This document shows, piece by piece, positions 9,204-15,860 of a stretch of 17,180 bases of DNA. The position numbers and the translations under genes are program-made. Within the stretch, counting starts at the first letter, position 1. Every line of letters begins with the position of its first letter. The notes under the pieces were generated by a model, which saw only the letters and a program-made list of their open reading frames with translations, was not told the origin of the DNA and searched no databases. The stretch spans positions 1-17,180 of the forward strand of contig JBEPZX010000024.1 of the NCBI GenBank assembly GCA_041640635.1, given 5' to 3'. Source of the stretch: Aquificaceae bacterium (GTDB lineage: Bacteria; Aquificota; Aquificia; Aquificales; Aquificaceae).

Positions 9204-9385
9204 CCAGTCTTAAAGTTTACCACTTTGTAAAGTGGGCAAAATCCTATAATAGATGTTATTATAAACACTATACCTATTATTCCAAGTATCCAAAAAGCAC
9301 CACCCTTTGTTAAAGCAAGGTAAATGAATATTACACCAAGAATTATTCTTACTGCCCTATCCCATGTTGCCATATTTTTTTCCAT
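9200..9385 (-). CDS. DUF2892 (YgaP-like) small two-TM membrane protein
   Basis: KNM..WDR..RIILG, two hydrophobic helices, C-terminal GFCPLY. SD AAGGAGGT. Confidence 0.9.
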   Translation of the reverse strand: MEKNMATWDRAVRIILGVIFIYLALTKGGAFWILGIIGIVFIITSIIGFCPLYKVVNFKTG

Positions 9386-9423
9386 GGCTCAACCTCCTTA
9401 AAATTAAGAGTCAAACTAATAAT

Positions 9424-11007
9424 TTAAGTAAATTCTTCTTTTATACAAGATCTTATAAAATCCTTAAACAATGGATGAGGTTCAAAGGGCTTGCTTTTAA
9501 ACTCAGGATGGAATTGACACCCTATGTACCAAGGGTGATCCCTCAACTCCATTATCTCTACTAATTTACCATCAGGCGAAAGACCAGAAAATACCATTCC
9601 CTTTTCTTCAAATGCCTTTCTATAAGCATTGTTAAACTCGTATCTATGTCTGTGCCTTTCGTATATTACCTGCTCATTGTAGATGTTTCTTGCTTTTGTC
9701 CCATCTAATAAAACACATGGATAAGAACCTAGCCTCATAGTGCCGCCTAGTTTAGTTTGATTTTTTTGACTTTCCATTATATCTATTACAGGATACAGAG
9801 TGTTAGGGTTAAATTCTGTAGAATTAGCTTCTTTTAGTCCCAGGACATTCCTTGCAAATTCAACGCTCATAAGTTGCATACCTAAACATATGCCAAAGGT
9901 GGGTTTTTTGTGTATACGCCCAAACTTTAAAGCTTCAATCTTTCCATCTATACCTCTTTCACCAAAACCACCAGGAACCAATATACCAGCTACGTCTTCA
10001 AGATCTTTTTCATTAAATTCTTCAGAATTTATCCATTTTATACTAACCTTTATGTTGTTAGCTATTGCTCCATGCAAAAGAGCTTCAGATATACTCTTAT
10101 AAGCATCTTTTAAACCTACATACTTACCAACAACACCTATAGTCACTCTCTCTCTAGCATTCTTTAAAACATTACCAATTTTCGTCCATTTAGATTCATA
10201 ATCTCTATAACCTAAGCCAAGCTTTTTGGCTATTATTTTGTCTAACCCTTGCTCTTTGAAAAGCAATGGGAGTTCGTATATATACTCTACATCAACAGCC
10301 GATATAACAGAGTTTTTGTCCACATTGGTAAAGAGTGCTATTTTCTCTTTTATACTTTCTGGTAACGGTTGTTCAGATCTACAAACTATAATATCCGGTT
10401 GAATTCCTATGGCTCTGAGTTCTTTTACCGAGTGCTGAGTGGGTTTTGTTTTTAGCTCTCCCGCTGTTTTAATATACGGTACGTAGGTTACATGTATAAA
10501 TAGTACATTTTCCTTGCCTAATTCTATACCCAGCTGTCTCACTGCTTCCAAAAAGGGCAGACTCTCTATATCACCAACTGTCCCACCAATTTCCACAAAT
10601 ACTATATCATTATCCTTCTCTACACGTTTTATACTTGCTTTTATTTCATCTGTAACGTGGGGTATAACCTGGACAGTGATTCCCAAGTACTCCCCTCTCC
10701 TCTCTTTCTCTATGACACTGTAGTAAACTTTTCCAGAGGTTACATTGTTATCTTTTGTCATCTGTGCCAATGTAAAACGCTCGTAATGTCCCAAATCTAA
10801 ATCTGTTTCTGCTCCATCCTCTGTAACATAAACCTCCCCGTGCTGATATGGATTCATGGTTCCAGGGTCTACGTTAAGGTATGGGTCCAGCTTTTGCAAA
10901 GTCACCTTGTAACCCATCTCCTCCATCAGACTAGCTATCGACGCAGATGTAACACCTTTTCCCAAAGAAGACAAAACTCCACCTGTTACAAATATGTATT
11001 TTGCCAT
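9424..11007 (-). CDS. pyrG: CTP synthase
   Basis: [49 protein letters not shown] (Cys nucleophile), [13 protein letters not shown]. Confidence 0.99.
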   Translation of the reverse strand: MAKYIFVTGGVLSSLGKGVTSASIASLMEEMGYKVTLQKLDPYLNVDPGTMNPYQHGEVYVTEDGAETDLDLGHYERFTLAQMTKDNNVTSGKVYYSVIEKERRGEYLGITVQVIPHVTDEIKASIKRVEKDNDIVFVEIGGTVGDIESLPFLEAVRQLGIELGKENVLFIHVTYVPYIKTAGELKTKPTQHSVKELRAIGIQPDIIVCRSEQPLPESIKEKIALFTNVDKNSVISAVDVEYIYELPLLFKEQGLDKIIAKKLGLGYRDYESKWTKIGNVLKNARERVTIGVVGKYVGLKDAYKSISEALLHGAIANNIKVSIKWINSEEFNEKDLEDVAGILVPGGFGERGIDGKIEALKFGRIHKKPTFGICLGMQLMSVEFARNVLGLKEANSTEFNPNTLYPVIDIMESQKNQTKLGGTMRLGSYPCVLLDGTKARNIYNEQVIYERHRHRYEFNNAYRKAFEEKGMVFSGLSPDGKLVEIMELRDHPWYIGCQFHPEFKSKPFEPHPLFKDFIRSCIKEEFT

Positions 11008-11058
11008 GGAATTTATATTTTAAGCGAAAGCTATAAGAGAAGTTTTTTGGTAAGTTAC

Positions 11059-11082
11059 TATAATATTAGCACTACTGGGAGG
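11059..11082 (+). promoter_or_regulatory. Putative -10 element and Shine-Dalgarno for the 4-TM thermonuclease gene
   Basis: TATAAT at 11059-11064 and GGGAGG at 11077-11082, 6 nt before an in-frame ATA at 11089. Confidence 0.5.
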
Positions 11083-11088
11083 AAAGTA

Positions 11089-11991
11089 ATACCAGTATTG
11101 CATGGTATATGGGGACTTATTCTTATACTTGCTGGATTAGGTGGTTTATTTTCCGAAGGTATAGCTAATAAAATAGGTGGTGCTGTTACTATTTTTCTCG
11201 GTTTAGTTAGTTTAGGAATTTCCACGGAAGTTTCTAAAACAGATAGATCCATCTCAAAGTTAATAGGAGGTTCTTTTCTTTATTGGCTTGGAACATTGCT
11301 CATGGGACCTGGAATTACTGTAGGAGGTATAGCTTCGATTATCCTTTTTATCGTTGGTCTTATTTTTGCAGGACTTGGATTAGATTTAATTGGAGTTGAA
11401 ACACAAACAAAGCAAGAAATCGATAAGAGAGATGAAAATGTAGTTAAATCTTCTGCAAACGTAGAAGTAACTATTCGGCAAGAAACAAGCAAACAAAAAG
11501 AGAAGATGGAAGAAAATAAATATGAAAAATATTTACCAACTTGGGGTGAGAAAATTAGAGCTAAGGTACTTAGGATTATAGATAGTGACACAATAGAATG
11601 TGATATAGAAGAAATAGAGATCAAGAGAATAAGACTCATTGGAATAGACGCACCCGAAAGTGACGAAAACGATAAATTAAACACATACGCATCCAAATAC
11701 AATAAAAGCGCTTTGGAAATAATACGTTTAGGGAATGAATCAAAGAAATTTGCAGAAAGATTGCTTCCAAAAGGTAGTAAAGTTTTTCTTGAATTTGATT
11801 CTCAAAAATTAGATATGTACGAAAGGTTATTAGCTTATGTGTGGTTAGAAAATGGAAAAATGCTAAATAAGATTACAGTAGAAGAAGGATATGCGGATGT
11901 TTTCATTATATCTCCAAATACCAAATATGCAACAGAACTTTTAGAAGCTCAAAAAATAGCAAAGCTAAGTAGGAAAGGTATGTGGCGATAG
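11089..11991 (+). CDS. Thermonuclease (SNase-like) with an N-terminal four-helix membrane domain; start uncertain, possibly degenerate
   Basis: The track start at 10840 overlaps pyrG and is rejected; the best SD points to ATA 11089 (alternative TTG 11098). Four Gly-rich hydrophobic segments, a charged linker, then RIIDSDT, RLIGIDAPE, DMYERLLAYVW, N....EEGYA, KGMW. Confidence 0.8.
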   Translation: MPVLHGIWGLILILAGLGGLFSEGIANKIGGAVTIFLGLVSLGISTEVSKTDRSISKLIGGSFLYWLGTLLMGPGITVGGIASIILFIVGLIFAGLGLDLIGVETQTKQEIDKRDENVVKSSANVEVTIRQETSKQKEKMEENKYEKYLPTWGEKIRAKVLRIIDSDTIECDIEEIEIKRIRLIGIDAPESDENDKLNTYASKYNKSALEIIRLGNESKKFAERLLPKGSKVFLEFDSQKLDMYERLLAYVWLENGKMLNKITVEEGYADVFIISPNTKYATELLEAQKIAKLSRKGMWR

Positions 11992-12016
11992 ACAAGTTTA
12001 TTTAAAATAAGCTACT

Positions 12017-12568
12017 ATGAAAAGAAATAGATTGTTTTTACTCTTTATGGGATTAATTATTATAACTTTTTCGTGTACTTCAACAAAGGCAGAATATTCC
12101 AAACAAAGAGAATCCCAAAGAGGAGAACTTTGTATTGTAGAAAAAGTTATAGATGGAGATACTTTTGAATGTTACTTGGAAAACAGCGGGAGCGTTAAAG
12201 TTAGGCTTATTGGTGTGGATACACCAGAGAGTGGATACAACAAAAAACTGGAAAGGGATGTACAGAGAAGTGGTAAAGATGTAGAGGAAATAATAAGAAT
12301 GGGTAAGAAAGCAAAGGAATTCACCCAAACCTTGATACCTAAAAATTCAAAAGTTTATCTTGAGTTTGATGTCCAGAAAGTAGACAGGTACGGTAGGCTT
12401 TTAGCTTATGTGTGGCTTGAGGATAGAAGAATGTTAAATAAAGTTTTGTTAGAAGAAGGGTATGCACAAGTTTACACTATACCTCCAAATGTTAAGTATG
12501 AAAAAGAATTTTTAGAAGCTCAAAGAAAAGCACGCCAAAGAATGAAAGGTTTGTGGGGAGAGTTTTAG
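12017..12568 (+). CDS. Thermonuclease (SNase-like) lipoprotein
   Basis: Basic N-terminus, hydrophobic core and TFSC lipobox-like Cys20. Intact SNase motifs VIDGDT, VRLIGVDTPE, DRYGRLLAYV, EGYA, KGLW. Confidence 0.93.
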   Translation: MKRNRLFLLFMGLIIITFSCTSTKAEYSKQRESQRGELCIVEKVIDGDTFECYLENSGSVKVRLIGVDTPESGYNKKLERDVQRSGKDVEEIIRMGKKAKEFTQTLIPKNSKVYLEFDVQKVDRYGRLLAYVWLEDRRMLNKVLLEEGYAQVYTIPPNVKYEKEFLEAQRKARQRMKGLWGEF

Positions 12569-12570
12569 GA

Positions 12571-12576
12571 TATAAT
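12571..12576 (+). promoter_or_regulatory. Putative -10 element for leaderless purB
   Basis: TATAAT 7 nt before the GTG at 12584; no properly spaced SD between them. Confidence 0.45.
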
Positions 12577-12583
12577 TTTTAAG

Positions 12584-13891
12584 GTGATTCCAAGGTATAC
12601 AAGAAAGGAAATAGCTCAAGTTTGGTCAGATATTAATAAGTTTAGTTTATGGCTAAAGGTTGAAATTGCTGTATGTAAAGCATGGGCTAAGCTAGGCAAA
12701 ATTCCCAGAGAAGCTGTTGAGCATATACAAAGAAAAGCTTTCGTGGATGAAGAAGTGGTAAGAAAAATAAACGAGTATGAAAAAGTCTATAAACACGATG
12801 TTTTAGCTTTTGTATCAGCTATAAATGAGCAAATAAAGCCATACTCCAATTACTTCCATATGGGTCTTACTTCATCGGATGTGGTAGATACAGCTTTAGC
12901 CTTACAGATAATGCAGGCTATAGAGGTGATACTTAAGGATGTAGATTTAGTTTTGGACACACTAAAAGAGCTTAGCTTCAAACATAAAAAGACGTTAATG
13001 ATGGGAAGAACACATGGAGTACATGCTGAACCAACAACTTTGGGGCTAAAGTTTGCCGTTTGGTATGACGAAATGAAAAGAAATAAGGAAAGACTTGTTC
13101 AAGCTTACGAAAACATATCCCATGGGAAACTTTCCGGAGCTGTAGGGACTTTTTCTAACATAGATCCATTGGTTGAAGAGTATGCACTCAAAGAATTGGG
13201 ACTAAAGGCAGAGCCTGCATCCACTCAAATAATTCATAGAGACAGACACGCACAGGTTATGTTTACTTTGGCACTTATAGCATCTTCTTTAGACAAATTT
13301 GCAACAGAGATAAGGCATCTTCAAAGGACAGAGGTTTTGGAACTTCAAGAACCTTTTACAGAAGGTCAAAGGGGTTCATCTGCTATGCCCCATAAGAAAA
13401 ATCCTATACATTCTGAACGAATAAGTGGGCTTTCAAGAGTTATAAGAGGTAACCTTTTAACAGCTATGGAAAATATAACTCTGTGGCATGAAAGGGATAT
13501 ATCACACTCATCAGCCGAAAGGATTGTAATACCTGACTCTTTTATAGCTCTCGATTACATGCTTAATCTCTTTTTAGAAATATTGAGGGGCTTGGTGGTA
13601 AATGAGAAAAACATGCTAAGGAATATGGAACTATCTCATGGACTTTACGCCTCTTCCAAAGTGCTTGTAAGACTTATGGAAAAGGGTTTAGATAGAGATA
13701 GAGCTTACGACCTTACTCAAAAATCTGCTATGGAAAGTTGGAGTAAAGGTATACCATTTATTGAAGCTTTACAGCAAAGCGCAGAAGTTATGAAATATGT
13801 ATCCAAAGAAGAGCTTGAAGAAATAATAAATCCCTGGAATTTTTTGAAGAATATAGATTATGTATATAAAAAAGTTTTTGGAGAAACCTAA
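12584..13891 (+). CDS. purB: Adenylosuccinate lyase
   Basis: MIPRY, HDVLAF, H.GLTSSD, GRTHGVHAEPTT, KLSGAVG, fumarate-lyase signature GSSAMPHKKNP, WHERDISHSS.ER. Confidence 0.99.
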   Translation: MIPRYTRKEIAQVWSDINKFSLWLKVEIAVCKAWAKLGKIPREAVEHIQRKAFVDEEVVRKINEYEKVYKHDVLAFVSAINEQIKPYSNYFHMGLTSSDVVDTALALQIMQAIEVILKDVDLVLDTLKELSFKHKKTLMMGRTHGVHAEPTTLGLKFAVWYDEMKRNKERLVQAYENISHGKLSGAVGTFSNIDPLVEEYALKELGLKAEPASTQIIHRDRHAQVMFTLALIASSLDKFATEIRHLQRTEVLELQEPFTEGQRGSSAMPHKKNPIHSERISGLSRVIRGNLLTAMENITLWHERDISHSSAERIVIPDSFIALDYMLNLFLEILRGLVVNEKNMLRNMELSHGLYASSKVLVRLMEKGLDRDRAYDLTQKSAMESWSKGIPFIEALQQSAEVMKYVSKEELEEIINPWNFLKNIDYVYKKVFGET

Positions 13892-15214
13892 ATGGAAAAG
13901 ATTAAGAATATAGCCTTAAAGTATGCCAAACCTAACTACGAAATTGAGATATACGCCGAAAGAATAAAGAAAACCACGATAGAAACTGCAGAAGAAGCTT
14001 TAGAAAATATATCTAAATCAGAAGAAGCAGGTGTAGGTATCAGGGTTCTAAAAGACAAAAAAATAGGCTTTGCCTATACTACAGATTTAAAGGAGGAATC
14101 TATAAAAGAGTGCTTAGAACAAGCTTATCAGGCTTGCGATTTGTTACCTCCAGATTCAGCTAATGCCTTTTACGACAAAGAACTAAAAGGTGACATAACC
14201 AATATATTTGACAAGCAAGGAATAAACAAACCCCTGGATGAAAAGATACACATAGTTTTGAGCCTTGAAAAGAGAGCCAAAGAGTTGGATGCTAGAATAA
14301 AAGGAGTTAGAAAAGCTACTTTAAAAGAAAGTATCGTGGAAGTCTATCATTTTAATACCTTAGGATTAGACTATTACTACACTACAAGCTTCTTTGTTTC
14401 TACCATAGCTACTTTGGCTCAAGAAGAGAGGGATTCCGCAATATCTTACGAATACAGAGGTTCTAGAACTTTAGATAATTTAGATTTTGATAGCATGGTA
14501 AAAGACGTAGTATTTAAGTCCACATCCCAGCTAAATCCACAATCCTTTCAGACATGTCAAATGCCAGTCATTTTGTATAGAGAAGCCAGTGCAATGCTTT
14601 TGGAAGCTTTTTCCTCCATGTTTTTGGGAGATTCACTTATTAAAAATAAAACGTTGTTAAAGGATAAAATAGGTGAGAGCGTAGCTTCGTATAGTTTAAC
14701 CATTGTTGATGATGCAACACTTCCCAATTGCTTTATGACTTCAGAAGTAGATGCTGAAGGTGTGAAAACCAGCAAGAAGGTAGTTATAGAAAAGGGCATC
14801 TTTAAAAACTTTCTTCATAGCTTACATACAGCTAAAAAAACCAACGCTAGTTTTAGCGGTAATTCAATTAGAGGAAGCTTCAAAACTTTACCAATACCTG
14901 GCGTAACAAATTTATATATAGAAAGTGGGACTAAAAATTTTGAAGATTTAATATCGTACTACGATCAAGTATTTCTAGTTTTAGATTTAATGGGATTACA
15001 TACTGTGGATCCTATCTCTGGAGACTTTTCTTTGGGTGCATCTGGTTTAGTTTATAATAAAGGTAAATTGGATAAAAAGGTCAGGGGGGTTGTAATAGGA
15101 GGCAATATAATAGATCTTTGGAATAATATAATAGAAGTGGGCAATGATTTTTGCTTTTACGGTAACATAGGATCTCCATCCTTGCTGATAAAGAGTTTAA
15201 CAATTGGAGGGTGA
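13892..15214 (+). CDS. pmbA: TldD/PmbA family protein, PmbA (TldE)-type subunit
   Basis: GVGIRV....IGFAYT, LTIVDD, DAEG, IEKG, GN..R, ISGDFSLGA.G, C-terminal GSPSLL...LTIGG. No HExxxH metal motif, so PmbA rather than TldD. Confidence 0.88.
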   Translation: MEKIKNIALKYAKPNYEIEIYAERIKKTTIETAEEALENISKSEEAGVGIRVLKDKKIGFAYTTDLKEESIKECLEQAYQACDLLPPDSANAFYDKELKGDITNIFDKQGINKPLDEKIHIVLSLEKRAKELDARIKGVRKATLKESIVEVYHFNTLGLDYYYTTSFFVSTIATLAQEERDSAISYEYRGSRTLDNLDFDSMVKDVVFKSTSQLNPQSFQTCQMPVILYREASAMLLEAFSSMFLGDSLIKNKTLLKDKIGESVASYSLTIVDDATLPNCFMTSEVDAEGVKTSKKVVIEKGIFKNFLHSLHTAKKTNASFSGNSIRGSFKTLPIPGVTNLYIESGTKNFEDLISYYDQVFLVLDLMGLHTVDPISGDFSLGASGLVYNKGKLDKKVRGVVIGGNIIDLWNNIIEVGNDFCFYGNIGSPSLLIKSLTIGG

Positions 15215-15215
15215 G

Positions 15216-15860
15216 ATGTCAAAGGGGCTATTGAGTACTATCTTAATAATTCTTGGTGTTTTCTTAGCTATATTTGGCTTTTATACAAGCTTTGAAATAT
15301 ACGTAAAAGACAAATTAGGAAAGAGCTCTGAAAATATTGGATACTTTCTGATAAAGGTTATGCAAGGAGAAACTCTTATAAATACACCTGATAAATTAAA
15401 CACAATACTAACATTGAAAACACCTGAAGGGAAAGTCTATGCCACTCAGAATATAAATCTTCCAGTTGATAAAGAAACATACTACCATTTTCAAAAAATC
15501 GTAGATAATCACGGCTTTAATCTATATGTAAAAAGCACTAGCATATTTGAATACATAGAGTATATAGTGAACAACCCTATGGCTATAGGTATCTCTCTTT
15601 CAGGCATTTTTCTCATTTTGATAGGAATATATACAGCTATATCATCACAAACAACCAAGCATATTCCTCAAGAAAAGGAAACCATAACTACCGTTGAAAA
15701 AACACAGCCATATGAATATGAAGATGAACTAATAAAACGCCTAAAGGCACTTAGAATTACCTTGGCTACCAGTAAAATCATACCAGAGGAGAGTTTGGAA
15801 GAAGCAAAAAGTATTATAGATAGTATACTACATAATATATCGAGAGGAGGAAAGGTATGA
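15216..15860 (+). CDS. Hypothetical two-TM membrane protein (sensor-like topology, C-terminal helical hairpin)
   Basis: Start revised from TTG 15204 to ATG 15216 (SD GGAGG 15206-15210, just after the pmbA stop); 214 aa. TM1 LLSTILIILGVFLAIFGFY, about 95-aa loop, TM2 MAIGISLSGIFLILIGIYTAI, polar linker, amphipathic C-terminus. Confidence 0.85.
   Translation: MSKGLLSTILIILGVFLAIFGFYTSFEIYVKDKLGKSSENIGYFLIKVMQGETLINTPDKLNTILTLKTPEGKVYATQNINLPVDKETYYHFQKIVDNHGFNLYVKSTSIFEYIEYIVNNPMAIGISLSGIFLILIGIYTAISSQTTKHIPQEKETITTVEKTQPYEYEDELIKRLKALRITLATSKIIPEESLEEAKSIIDSILHNISRGGKV

Noticed and set aside
11023..11032. AGC-GAAA-GCT mini-hairpin upstream of pyrG as a possible attenuator or ncRNA
   Set aside because: Only a 3-bp stem, and upstream of the likely pyrG -10. 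No terminator/antiterminator or GGGC start of the Bacillus pyrG type.
10840..11088. N-terminal 83 codons of the 383-aa track ORF
   Set aside because: Antisense to the pyrG 5' end and crosses the intergenic promoter region; a -10 and SD point to a start near 11089.
11008..12583. Thermonuclease pair as a mobile element
   Set aside because: No integrase, transposase, terminal inverted repeats or flanking target duplication seen; the similar ends are just the paralogous KG.W coding sequence.
107..14799. Short opposite-strand ORFs (107-295, 2762-2989, 3573-3761, 3713-4084, 4529-4726, 4739-4924, 7255-7455, 9364-9564, 9800-10102, 10514-10723, 11058-11252, 11280-11702, 12080-12328, 14557-14799)
   Set aside because: All lie mostly antisense to well-supported genes and show no recognisable motifs.
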